Of a stretch of DNA of 64,000 bases, positions 37,167-46,229 are shown in pieces. Numbering within the stretch: position 1 is the first letter of the stretch; every line of letters starts with the position of its first letter. Both the position numbers and the translations under genes were made by a program. The notes below the pieces were generated by a model. That model had not been told where the DNA came from. It saw only the letters and a list, made by a program, of their open reading frames with translations, and made no database searches. Source of the DNA: an uncultured virus (IMG/VR IMGVR_UViG_3300003702_000449) (taxonomy: Duplodnaviria; Heunggongvirae; Uroviricota; Caudoviricetes); IMG/VR virus record IMGVR_UViG_3300003702_000449. One strand, written 5' to 3'.

Positions 37167-37581
37167 TATTCAAACCCTTTATCTTATCAAAATTAGGCTT
37201 ATGGATATTAGCAAGAGGACTCTTTCCACTAAGTCCAGTCTTCATACCAAGATCAGTTTTACCACTAGGTTTAGGAGTCATACTGAAACCAGGAATTTGA
37301 CCTTTGGTAACTAATCTAAAGGCATCAGGAGGAATGAGTCCCCTATAAAATATATTATTATAGTCGACTTTAACTAGCCTCGAAGAATCAATTTTCTTAG
37401 AGTCTATTATAGCTAAAGCCATGCGCTTCATACCCTTCATAGCCTTCTCAACCTGAGATCTAGAAGGGAAAACACTTACAACATCTCCACTAGAGTACCT
37501 TCTAGGTTTTATCCCAGATCTTAGGAACTCATCAGTGAATGCTGCTGGGAAATAACAGTAGAGGTTTTTCCACTTAGCCAA
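37120..37581 (-). CDS. degenerate ART-fold protein with basic tail
   Basis: LYCY......FLRSGIKP...VSVF...IID...YRGLIPPDAF; the catalytic His is replaced. Confidence 0.45.
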   Translation of the reverse strand: MAKWKNLYCYFPAAFTDEFLRSGIKPRRYSSGDVVSVFPSRSQVEKAMKGMKRMALAIIDSKKIDSSRLVKVDYNNIFYRGLIPPDAFRLVTKGQIPGFSMTPKPSGKTDLGMKTGLSGKSPLANIHKPNFDKIKGLNNGKPNFGLRQKRRRL

Positions 37582-38138
37582 CCTTCCGCTCCTTCTAGAC
37601 CTCTGGGGTCATTTATATGTAGATTACCTTCTAAATAGTAGTGTCCAAGTATATCTAACATAGAAGAAAACTTACCACAATTTACAAGGCTCATTTCTAC
37701 TGAGACTTTATCTAGTACTCCTAGGCCACAGTCTCCAAGACTCCCATTGGAATCTTCCTTGACTCCTATTAGAGATCTTCTACCAGTCACTAAAAAATCT
37801 TCTAGGTCCCCAGTATTCTTAAATATAGGATAACAATCTCCATTTGCTAATAGAAACTTATCCTTTAATCCAGGAATACCTAAAACACCTCTATTAACTA
37901 TTATATTAGCTTCTACTAGTCTGACTTCCTTATACTTTCTACTTAGACTATCAAACTGGTTTCTCATATGGCCTACTAGAAGAACTATATCAGATAAGCC
38001 TACTTCTAGTAAATCATCTATAAGCCAAGTTATAAAAGGCTTGCCTGCAACTTCTACTAGAGGCTTAGCTCTATTAGCAGATATTTCTCCTAATCTAGTA
38101 CCTTTACCAGCACATAACAAAACTGCCTGTTGTATCAT
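37521..38138 (-). CDS. hddC: sugar-1-phosphate nucleotidyltransferase (HddC-like)
   Basis: AVLLCAGKGTRL....KPLVEVAGKPF, LANGD; heptose gene context. Confidence 0.75.
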   Translation of the reverse strand: MIQQAVLLCAGKGTRLGEISANRAKPLVEVAGKPFITWLIDDLLEVGLSDIVLLVGHMRNQFDSLSRKYKEVRLVEANIIVNRGVLGIPGLKDKFLLANGDCYPIFKNTGDLEDFLVTGRRSLIGVKEDSNGSLGDCGLGVLDKVSVEMSLVNCGKFSSMLDILGHYYLEGNLHINDPRGLEGAEGWLSGKTSTVISQQHSLMSS

Positions 38139-38249
38139 CTATTAACTACCTTTACTAGCTTTGAAACTGTATAACCAGCACATCCGCCTATTAAGCCTAT
38201 ACAACCAAACCAAAGAAAACTCTTATTAGAAATAGTGAATAACATCCAT

Positions 38250-39827
38250 CTACTGAACTCGTACTCTCCTACCATTAACCTCATTAAGTTGTGGTACATC
38301 ATTAAGGCTATGCCTGTAGTAATCAGAGGAAATAACACCAAACTCAACTTTACTTCTGTTCTTGAGGTAAATGACATACATATCTCTCTCAGGATTTAGA
38401 TTGGATACCCCAGTAATATCTGCTTCATACATACTAGAGTATTCTTCTATAGGTCTTTGATAATTCCGAGTCCAGAAGCCTTTCTCATATACTGGAACTA
38501 GAACCTCACCTTGAGTTTCATTATTCTGTCTAAAAGCATGTCTAGGTTCATACACTTGTATTAAGTTACTATAATTAGAATTAGTATCTCTTAATCTATA
38601 ATAAGTATTTAATAGGACATCCATATGCCCCCAAGTATGCGTATATATTATGGAATCTTCAGGCAAAGTACTGAACTCATTATACATCTGCCTCATAGTG
38701 GAAGGACTAGGATCTACTGACCTACCTATATCATAAAACCAAAGATTCATTCCTAATAAGCCTAGTCCACAGAGTGAAGCTACAACTAAACTAGGTTTAA
38801 AATTATATCTATCCAAATAATACTTAGCACAGATTCCACCTAAAATAGAAAGAAAAGCAATTGAAGGAACTACATAAGTTATCCATTGAGGAGGTCTACT
38901 TGCAAAATAGAAACCTGCAGGTAGTAAACACATAACTAAAAGTAACTTTATAAAAGATGAATTCTGTCTGTAACTTTCTCTTCCTCCTAATATATAAAAA
39001 GGTATTAAAATGCAAATTGATAAAAGTACCAATGAGAAGAATTCTTCTAGTCTGTATTGTAATACCTGTGTGGGATATACAGTAAGATTACCTATCATAC
39101 CTACAGAGGAAAATAGGAAAAACCATCTATCATTAGCTAAACCAGGAAAGTATGCATTTTCAGCACCTAGAAACCATTGAGTCCAACCAACCAATCCTAA
39201 AGAACTTACTAACAGAATCTTTAAGATATGAGGTCTGCCTTCAAGAGGAACCTTTACCATGTAATATAAACAAGGTAGTATAGCAAACATAACAAGTGGA
39301 TGAGTTGCTAAAGACAATCCAAATATAAATCCACTTAGATATAAAAGATTAGGTCTATGGTGCTTATAAGCCTTTATAAAATAATAAACTCCCACTACCA
39401 TAAACATAGTAGTCATTGTATAGACTTCAGGAATAACTCCCTGGGACCAAACTAGAAAAGAACTAGCAAAACATAATAGGCCTAAAGAAGCAGGTAACCT
39501 AGATTCAGTAGAGAATAACCTTATTGTGGCATAGATATATCCACAAGTTATAATAACTGAAATAGCACTTACTAAACCTAAGACCCAATAAGGATTAAAA
39601 CCAAAAGTATAATGGAAGACTTGCTCAAAGAACCAACCTATGGTTATAAACAGAGGATAACCACCTAATCCTGCTTTCTCAAATAGCATACTTGACACAA
39701 CATAATCAGGAGCATCCCCTGCTAATCCCATCCAAGTCATATCAGGTGCTATACCAAATAGATATACTACTGATACAAGTGCTAGTAATGTTCCAGGTAC
39801 TAAAACTCTAGTCATTATGTCTTTCAT
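38250..39827 (-). CDS. DUF2723/TMEM260-like GT-C membrane glycosyltransferase
   Basis: Y...AP..TW...GD..DY, GYPLF..IG, WSQ..IPEVY, GLSLATH; many TM helices and a soluble C-terminus. Confidence 0.8.
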   Translation of the reverse strand: MKDIMTRVLVPGTLLALVSVVYLFGIAPDMTWMGLAGDAPDYVVSSMLFEKAGLGGYPLFITIGWFFEQVFHYTFGFNPYWVLGLVSAISVIITCGYIYATIRLFSTESRLPASLGLLCFASSFLVWSQGVIPEVYTMTTMFMVVGVYYFIKAYKHHRPNLLYLSGFIFGLSLATHPLVMFAILPCLYYMVKVPLEGRPHILKILLVSSLGLVGWTQWFLGAENAYFPGLANDRWFFLFSSVGMIGNLTVYPTQVLQYRLEEFFSLVLLSICILIPFYILGGRESYRQNSSFIKLLLVMCLLPAGFYFASRPPQWITYVVPSIAFLSILGGICAKYYLDRYNFKPSLVVASLCGLGLLGMNLWFYDIGRSVDPSPSTMRQMYNEFSTLPEDSIIYTHTWGHMDVLLNTYYRLRDTNSNYSNLIQVYEPRHAFRQNNETQGEVLVPVYEKGFWTRNYQRPIEEYSSMYEADITGVSNLNPERDMYVIYLKNRSKVEFGVISSDYYRHSLNDVPQLNEVNGRRVRVQ

Positions 39828-41350
39828 TAGGCATAACTAAACATCTCAGGTCGCTGAAATAAATGAATCTTATCCCAAAGAAAGTTTCTAGTTTCTACAT
39901 ACTTTAATCCAGACTTTTCAACTTCACTAATTAAAGTCTTTGCATCTAACATACCTACATGAAATTCTCCATGCAGGAAAGTTTCAATTATATTTCCTGT
40001 TTTACTTGATGTATCAGGAGTAGATATAATAACTTTGCCACCTGGCTTAACACTCTTATACATCAAACTAGTAACTCTATCTAAATTCTCATTATCAAAG
40101 TGTTCTACTACTTCATTACAAAGTACCAAATCAAATGAGTCTATTCCCCCTGTTTGCACCAGACTTCTATGAGGTAATTGAGTAATGTCTGCTACCATCA
40201 GGGTGGTATTATCAGAATCAACATGGTTCTTAAAAAACTCTATTTTATGAGGATTAAGATCAACACCTACTTTCTTTAAAGTTAACTTATTATTGCCTCT
40301 AGGACAATCAAACATATTAAGGATAGGAGAAGATCCACAACCTAAGGAAAGAATTGATCCTCCCTGTGTCATAAGATCATCACCTTTAGCTAAATCATAA
40401 ATGTGCTCTCCTAGAGTCCTCTTAAATTTCTTATGAGGCATTCCAGAAGTCCATTCCCACCAATCAAAATCTCCATCATCATTCCCATGACCTAGATTCC
40501 AAACTGTATTGGGCAGACCTCTTAAAGAAATATTCTTATTTTCTGAATAGGTCCATATTTTGTGCATACCAAAATTCCATATAAAGGCAATACAACCTCC
40601 AACCAACGCACCAATATAATAAGGAATTGTTGTAAACTCATGGGCTCCAATAGTAGCACTTAAATATATAAGAGTACCTACTCCTCCTACTGTAGTATAT
40701 TTAACCACTCGAGTATATTTCATAAATGTAAGTTTAAGTAGTTGTATTATACCAGTAAATAAAATACTACTTCTACCTAATTTAGATTTACCTATTTCTC
40801 TTTTTCTAAAAGTATAAGGTAACCCAATAATAGAAACTGGACTCGTTCTTATTAAATATTCTAAGAAAGGCTTAGGTCCATCATTAATTTCAGTATCTTT
40901 TATAGTAGATCTTTTTATACCAAAGAATCCAGTCATCCTGTCCTTAATACCTGGACCTAAAGGAAAACTCATAACCTTACCAAAGGCACTTATAAGTCTA
41001 TTTAGGAAGCCATCAGCCGAGTCTGCCCTATAGCCATAAACCATATCATGGTAAATAAGAGACTGAGCTAAAGAGGAGGCTAATCCAGGAGGATGAGATC
41101 CATCTGCATCCATAACTATAATTAAATTGTCAGAAGCATAGCTTATTCCAAACTTTATAGCATCACTAACACTTCCAGATTCCTGTGAAACAACTAAAGC
41201 ATCTACTGCCTTAGCTTCCTTCTGGGTATTATCAGTAGAGCCATTATCACTAACTATAACAGAACATCTGGGATCCTCTTTTAGTTGACTAACAAGTCTC
41301 CCTATATTCCCTTCTTCATTTAAAGTAGGTACAACAACAGTATATCTCAC
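39827..41350 (-). CDS. fusion of polyprenol-phosphate glycosyltransferase (GT2, Dpm1-like), GtrA-like membrane domain and class I SAM methyltransferase
   Basis: VVPTLNE, SDNGSTD, VMDADGSH; KYTTVGGVGT...WNF.MHKIWTY; LSLGCG, GVD, FDLVLCNEVVEH, KPGG..IISTP. Confidence 0.85.
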   Translation of the reverse strand: MRYTVVVPTLNEEGNIGRLVSQLKEDPRCSVIVSDNGSTDNTQKEAKAVDALVVSQESGSVSDAIKFGISYASDNLIIVMDADGSHPPGLASSLAQSLIYHDMVYGYRADSADGFLNRLISAFGKVMSFPLGPGIKDRMTGFFGIKRSTIKDTEINDGPKPFLEYLIRTSPVSIIGLPYTFRKREIGKSKLGRSSILFTGIIQLLKLTFMKYTRVVKYTTVGGVGTLIYLSATIGAHEFTTIPYYIGALVGGCIAFIWNFGMHKIWTYSENKNISLRGLPNTVWNLGHGNDDGDFDWWEWTSGMPHKKFKRTLGEHIYDLAKGDDLMTQGGSILSLGCGSSPILNMFDCPRGNNKLTLKKVGVDLNPHKIEFFKNHVDSDNTTLMVADITQLPHRSLVQTGGIDSFDLVLCNEVVEHFDNENLDRVTSLMYKSVKPGGKVIISTPDTSSKTGNIIETFLHGEFHVGMLDAKTLISEVEKSGLKYVETRNFLWDKIHLFQRPEMFSYA

Positions 41351-41622
41351 AAACCCCGACTCCTCATTTTACGTCCAGCCTCAGAAGTTTCACTCTTAAG
41401 AGCAGACTTTAAAGTAGGTACAGATATCAGGCCTTTCAAACCTAAGAATTTTTTCCAGCCTGCTCCATACTTACTCTTAAGTTCCTTTTCTATGGCTTTC
41501 CTCTCAGTAAGCTCCGTTTGCATACCTTGAATCTCAGACTTAATCTTAATCTTTTCCAGATCGTCTTCATAATCATCTACACTCTTTTCTTCTCTATTTA
41601 GAAGTGTATCTAAGAATCCCAT
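41347..41622 (-). CDS. hypothetical coiled-coil protein
   Basis: LK.KYG.GWKK.LG. Confidence 0.55.
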   Translation of the reverse strand: MGFLDTLLNREEKSVDDYEDDLEKIKIKSEIQGMQTELTERKAIEKELKSKYGAGWKKFLGLKGLISVPTLKSALKSETSEAGRKMRSRGL

Positions 41623-41632
41623 AAATATCCCC

Positions 41633-41848
41633 CTATTGAGTTAATTCTGCAACTACGCCTTTCTTAACATAATCTTTAAGGTCTCTCTGAGTCAAAGTCT
41701 CAGGTTTCCCTATCTCCATAGATAATTCCGATAGTCTAGCAGTCTTATGAGAATAGATAAAATCTATAATCTCATCTCTATTATTAGGTCCAGGATGAGA
41801 CCCCATCCTACGACCTAAATCAGTTAACATATAAACTCTATCTACCAT
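41633..41848 (-). CDS. minimal permuted winged-helix family member
   Basis: YMLTDLGR...IIDFIY....ARLSELS.EIG...LKDYVKKGVV. Confidence 0.65.
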   Translation of the reverse strand: MVDRVYMLTDLGRRMGSHPGPNNRDEIIDFIYSHKTARLSELSMEIGKPETLTQRDLKDYVKKGVVAELTQ

Positions 41849-41850
41849 CT

Positions 41851-42003
41851 TTATTCCCCAGGCTTATACCTATCTTTTAAGGTCTTCCATCTAGCCCATA
41901 AGTGCATCTCTATACCCTTCTCAATGGAAATAGCCCTATACAGATAGTTATTATAGAAATTTAGAGATCTATATTCAAGTATCTCTTTAATTAGAGACTG
42001 CAT
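41851..42003 (-). CDS. 50-aa hypothetical protein (not in ORF track)
   Basis: Open frame MQSLIKEILEY... fills the gap. Confidence 0.4.
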   Translation of the reverse strand: MQSLIKEILEYRSLNFYNNYLYRAISIEKGIEMHLWARWKTLKDRYKPGE

Positions 42004-42005
42004 GA

Positions 42006-42644
42006 CTATAAGTCATCCTCATCTATCTTAAGTTGCTTTCCAGTAACTGCGATAACTTCCTTGGTATCAAAGAGAGAGAAGAAATTGGGACCATGGATCT
42101 TTATCTTTCTCCTCTTTCCAGTACGCATATCAAAGAAGGTAATATTAGCAGTTCCACTTACTCCATAGCCATTACATCTGTCACACTTTTCATACTCAAT
42201 GGGATCAGACTTCTTAATGACTACTTCTTTTTCACCTTGACACTTTTGGCAAGGAATTTCCTTCCTATAACGGCAGGTCCCTCGCACATCTATAGCACGT
42301 CTTAAACGCTTATCAACAGTATCTATATGGTGAATACACACATACAAGTCAACATTTCGCTTTCTAGTCTGTGCTATAAAATAGGTGAATAACTTATTTA
42401 ACTTAGAAGCAGAAGTTCTAGCATCTAAATAGATGTAAGCCTCATCAAGGACCATTACGCAGTCAGATAATTCTTGGTCTAGCATATGATCCACAAAGAA
42501 CTGGGTATCTAACTGCGTATGAGGAAAGTTTACATGGACGTTAGATATAACATCCCTTCCCCTAGTAAATTCAAGGTAAGCAAGGGCGGTAGCACTTAAA
42601 GTTTTACCAGATCCCATTACTCCCTCAAAAGTGAATATAGGCAT
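42006..42644 (-). CDS. Zot / inovirus pI-like morphogenesis ATPase with Zn-ribbon insertion
   Basis: GVMGSGKT, VISN, VLDEA...DAR, QTRKRNVDL....H....DKRLR; CQKC...CDRC insert. Confidence 0.8.
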   Translation of the reverse strand: MPIFTFEGVMGSGKTLSATALAYLEFTRGRDVISNVHVNFPHTQLDTQFFVDHMLDQELSDCVMVLDEAYIYLDARTSASKLNKLFTYFIAQTRKRNVDLYVCIHHIDTVDKRLRRAIDVRGTCRYRKEIPCQKCQGEKEVVIKKSDPIEYEKCDRCNGYGVSGTANITFFDMRTGKRRKIKIHGPNFFSLFDTKEVIAVTGKQLKIDEDDL

Positions 42645-42949
42645 TACTCTCCTTCTACTCCACTTCTAGTTGCTAGTAGTGCCTCAATTAGTTCTGCACG
42701 ACCTTTCCTATCTCTAGAAATCTGCAGTTGATAGAACTCACTAGAGAAATCATCTAGAAGTTTAGATTTATACCTCTTCTGGATTGTCATAAGTAATGCT
42801 AAAGGATATACAAGATCTGGTGTGACCTCTGTAATCATCTTCAGTCTGGATTTCTTAGCATCAAAAAGTGTATTTACTACACCTGCTGATTCTTCTCCCC
42901 CTCCCCCTGATGCAAATATTGAATCTAGTAAACTTCCTTGCGTAGTCAT
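42644..42949 (-). CDS. hypothetical protein coupled to the Zot-like ATPase
   Basis: L.ISRDRKGRAE motif; 1-nt overlap with the ATPase. Confidence 0.6.
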   Translation of the reverse strand: MTTQGSLLDSIFASGGGGEESAGVVNTLFDAKKSRLKMITEVTPDLVYPLALLMTIQKRYKSKLLDDFSSEFYQLQISRDRKGRAELIEALLATRSGVEGE

Positions 42950-43218
42950 TATCCTTCCTCTCCTATTACTGTTATATACCCAGCCTCAAATAACCTTCTA
43001 ACTACCTCTTTAGTTATACCTACATGTCTCTCATCAAATTCCTGCCAACTAATAAATCCACGTTTTCCTGAAGCCATAAGTCCTTCATCTATAGCATGTA
43101 GTATTAAAGAATCCCAAGTATCTAGATAATTACCAGTTCCTGGAATCTCCGCCTCAGCAGACTTCTTATTTAACTTTGCTTGATACTGTCTACCTTCTTC
43201 TGTAAGTACAAATTCCAT
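42949..43218 (-). CDS. permuted winged-helix family member
   Basis: FVLTEEGR...VRRLFEAGYITV. Confidence 0.6.
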   Translation of the reverse strand: MEFVLTEEGRQYQAKLNKKSAEAEIPGTGNYLDTWDSLILHAIDEGLMASGKRGFISWQEFDERHVGITKEVVRRLFEAGYITVIGEEG

Positions 43219-43538
43219 TACAAGTACTCTTCTGGAATATTGTCTACTGTAACATAACCGCCCTGGAGTAACTGACCTATTACTGTATACCCATAGTCCC
43301 CATACTTAACTTTAAAGTCATTCCAGTCCCTAAAACTATTATCTCCGGAACCTATTGTTCCATTATCTATAGCAACTAGCCATTTCTTACGTTCAAAGTG
43401 TAGATACTTAGCAGGACCATACATTTCTTCATTATCTTCACCATAATCATATGTACCAGACTTGCGGTGAATCATATCCTGTATATCCCATTCCTTTTCT
43501 AGTTGAACCCTGCCTTTATCTGTAAGTATAAGTTCCAT
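43218..43538 (-). CDS. permuted winged-helix family member
   Basis: LILTDKGR...IGQLLQGGYVTV. Confidence 0.6.
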   Translation of the reverse strand: MELILTDKGRVQLEKEWDIQDMIHRKSGTYDYGEDNEEMYGPAKYLHFERKKWLVAIDNGTIGSGDNSFRDWNDFKVKYGDYGYTVIGQLLQGGYVTVDNIPEEYL

Positions 43539-43933
43539 TAGTCTTTAGGTCCAGTGTACTTATCTTGGATATGTAGAGCAGCTTCCCTAGGATCAGTTGT
43601 TAAGTACCCTTCCTCTAACATATGGCCTAGTTGCCTTTCTAAATATAAACTTTCATATAGTTCAGTTTCATCAGCAGGTACTAAGCCTCTTCCTTGAGTT
43701 ACCCAACCTATATAATGATCCTTAAAAGTCTTAACAGTAAAAGGTTGTCTTGCTACCTTATAAGAGTCTACAATACTTCCCCAGGCACTACGATCCAATC
43801 CATCTAACCATTCTATAAAGTCATCTGTTGGATAAAAGACTCTATCAGGACTCTTTCTAATATCCCTAGCAATTTCCCATTCTACAGGATCTTGGAATTC
43901 TTTACTATTACTAAATCTTCCTGTATTAGACAT
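43538..43933 (-). CDS. YPTDDF subgroup, tandem paralog
   Basis: FYPTDDF...EGYLTTDPREAALHIQDKYTGPKD. Confidence 0.6.
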   Translation of the reverse strand: MSNTGRFSNSKEFQDPVEWEIARDIRKSPDRVFYPTDDFIEWLDGLDRSAWGSIVDSYKVARQPFTVKTFKDHYIGWVTQGRGLVPADETELYESLYLERQLGHMLEEGYLTTDPREAALHIQDKYTGPKD

Positions 43934-44340
43934 CAGTCTTTAGGTCCTGTATACTTGTCTCTGATGTGCATTGCTGCTTCTCTAGGATCAGTAGTATAAA
44001 CACCCCGGAATATATCATTAGCTATTTCAGTCTCTGGCCACAATCCCTCATGGTAATCCTTTGATACTGAAGGATAGAACTTGTCCAGTTCAGATAACAT
44101 ATACTTTGGTGCTACATTAAATCTACCACCAATATATCTTTCTACAGCTTTCTTAACTGTCATAGGCTTTTCCATAAAACCATAAGCTGCTGACCAGTAT
44201 CCACCTATATGACTGTTCTCATACTTTTCTTTATCTTCAAAGAAATCATCAGTAGGATATAACATCCAACTAGGATTGGCTCTAAGCTTCTTTGCTAGTG
44301 TTTGAACTTCAGGCTGCCACTCATCTATCGGAAATGACAT
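43933..44340 (-). CDS. YPTDDF subgroup, tandem paralog
   Basis: LYPTDDF...GVYTTDPREAAMHIRDKYTGPKD. Confidence 0.6.
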   Translation of the reverse strand: MSFPIDEWQPEVQTLAKKLRANPSWMLYPTDDFFEDKEKYENSHIGGYWSAAYGFMEKPMTVKKAVERYIGGRFNVAPKYMLSELDKFYPSVSKDYHEGLWPETEIANDIFRGVYTTDPREAAMHIRDKYTGPKD

Positions 44341-44379
44341 CAGTCTACTTTCTCTTTTCAGTTAATTGATACTTATCCA

Positions 44380-44616
44380 TTATCTTTTGTCCAGTGCTCC
44401 TAAATTAACCAGTTGTTCCAAAGCCCTGTGTACCTGAGCATTAGATGATTTATAAGACTTACCACCAAAATTAAAGGTTTTACTCTGAGTAATAATTGAT
44501 ATAGGTTGGACCCAGTCATTAAGTAAAGAATGTCTGAAAATATACTGCTGGAGGACAGTGCCGTTGCCAATTCTTAACCTCTCACTAATTTTAGGTTTCC
44601 TACGATATTCAACCAT
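44380..44616 (-). CDS. probable winged-helix-like small protein
   Basis: C-term VHRALEQLVNLGAL. Confidence 0.45.
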   Translation of the reverse strand: MVEYRRKPKISERLRIGNGTVLQQYIFRHSLLNDWVQPISIITQSKTFNFGGKSYKSSNAQVHRALEQLVNLGALDKR

Positions 44617-45389
44617 TAGGAAGAATACTTCTGTTTAGCATAAGTCCAAATTTTACGTCTGTAATCTTTAGATTGCTTTTTACTAAGAATACCTTTCTTA
44701 AGAAGATTATTTATAGCAGTATTAGCTGCTTCAAAAACCTTTCTTTTTCTATTTATAGTAGCTGCTCCATATCTGGTATAACTACTCCCTCCTAATTCCT
44801 GTTTAAAGTAGTACAGAAAGGTATCTAGGTACTCAGGTAGCTCTAGATCCCCTATATTCCAACCTTTTACCTCTTGTAGAAGACGAACTTCAAATTCTGT
44901 AACTAAATCCTCATAGGTCTCAAGTCCCCAAACATAGCCTTCCCCAAACTCCTTTTCTATCTTATCCCAATCGCTAGTACCAAACATTTCTAGAGCATCT
45001 GACCTTACTCTAGCTTCTTTATCTGCCTGCTCTGCAGAATGTCCAAGTTGCCAATGGGCTAATTCATGGGATATAACAGCAGCACCACGCTCCTTCATAC
45101 TATCATCAATTACATCCGCAATAGCACGTTTGCCTCTGTCTTTATCTTTAAAGGTATGAAGTTGCCTAGCCTCATGAGCCTCTTCAGTTGACTCAGGATA
45201 AAGTTTTCTTTGATCCGCAATATTAACTGTTTTATCCCTAGCACTATACATACCAGCTGCATGTTTTGCATCTGGCCCATATCTCATCTCTTCAGGATCA
45301 AGATGCAGTCTTAAAAGAATAGCATCTCCCCAGTCTTTACCCTCTTTCTTCCATTTTGATTTATCTGCCATTAGTAAGTTATTCTGCAC
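44616..45389 (-). CDS. zincin-like metallopeptidase (HExxH)
   Basis: AGMY....TVNI, VISHELAHWQLGH, downstream Glu. Confidence 0.65.
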   Translation of the reverse strand: MQNNLLMADKSKWKKEGKDWGDAILLRLHLDPEEMRYGPDAKHAAGMYSARDKTVNIADQRKLYPESTEEAHEARQLHTFKDKDRGKRAIADVIDDSMKERGAAVISHELAHWQLGHSAEQADKEARVRSDALEMFGTSDWDKIEKEFGEGYVWGLETYEDLVTEFEVRLLQEVKGWNIGDLELPEYLDTFLYYFKQELGGSSYTRYGAATINRKRKVFEAANTAINNLLKKGILSKKQSKDYRRKIWTYAKQKYSS

Positions 45390-45774
45390 TCATTACAGGA
45401 TAAAGGTAAGTTATATATTGCGGAGGTATAGTACAATATGCTATCCAAGCATTTATTCTGCTATGAAGACTAAATTCCGGATCTCTCTTTAGTTCGCAAT
45501 ATTCAGGAACATTCACTTCTAGTATATGCCATTCGTCAGGATTAGTTTCTCTCATAAATTGAGTGGATCCACCTAATCGTGCATCATCTTCAGTTCGAAA
45601 GAGATATACTCCATTCTGGATTGAAGATCTAGCTCTTTTAAATCCTCGGAACATTGCTCCTTGAGGCTTTAGACCTTCTTCGAAGATAGATTTAAGGTGA
45701 GCTCTACGAGTTATATGATACCAGTCGTCTGGAACTCCCTTAATACTGGCTTCTACCTGAAAATTAGAAGTCAC
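45379..45774 (-). CDS. ADP-ribosyltransferase-fold protein (Tpt1/KptA C-domain-like)
   Basis: WYHIT....KSIFEEGLKP...GVYL...ILEV...IPPQYI. Confidence 0.65.
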   Translation of the reverse strand: MTSNFQVEASIKGVPDDWYHITRRAHLKSIFEEGLKPQGAMFRGFKRARSSIQNGVYLFRTEDDARLGGSTQFMRETNPDEWHILEVNVPEYCELKRDPEFSLHSRINAWIAYCTIPPQYITYLYPVMSAE

Positions 45775-46228
45775 TTAATTGCCTTCTAGCTTTATCAGCA
45801 AAGTCTCGTCTAGACCTTCTAACATTTCTATTAGTAGTATTAGCTCTCTTAGTTATTTCTCTAAGATTGTTTCTAAAGGCTGTACTTGTATCAATCATAT
45901 TCTCTGGGGTCCAGCCACGCTTCTGGTAAGTGTTCCAATTAAAGGTACCAAAGTCTCCCATGCGCTTTTCATGTCTAACTTCAGTTCGCATCTGATGTAA
46001 AAGAGGGGCAAAGGCCATGAGTAAGAATACTAAACATGATCCTTGTACCCATAGAACACCTATTCCAGGTCCAAGAACTCCAGTAGCAAGGGCCATAATA
46101 GGAACTAACCAGGCAATAGAAGCTCCAAAGGAATAGGGCAACATCTTAACCTGATAAGCCATAAAAGTTAGACCCAAAGCTAAACCTAGAAATGCTATTA
46201 AAGTTACGCCTTCTGCTGAAGTAGCCAT
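45764..46228 (-). CDS. membrane protein (3 TM) with basic C-terminus
   Basis: Hydrophobic N-half and Arg-rich tail. Confidence 0.65.
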   Translation of the reverse strand: MATSAEGVTLIAFLGLALGLTFMAYQVKMLPYSFGASIAWLVPIMALATGVLGPGIGVLWVQGSCLVFLLMAFAPLLHQMRTEVRHEKRMGDFGTFNWNTYQKRGWTPENMIDTSTAFRNNLREITKRANTTNRNVRRSRRDFADKARRQLSDF

Positions 46229-46229
46229 A

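Noticed and set aside
38135..38377. 80-aa membrane ORF as annotated
   Set aside because: It overlaps the GT-C gene by about 128 nt; only a shorter 3' peptide may be real, and the start cannot be fixed.
42006..42644. Zot as an enterotoxin or sign of an integrated small inovirus
   Set aside because: Only the ATPase domain is present, with no TM or toxin tail. It is embedded among the same paralog families as the rest of the window, with no rolling-circle Rep or boundaries.
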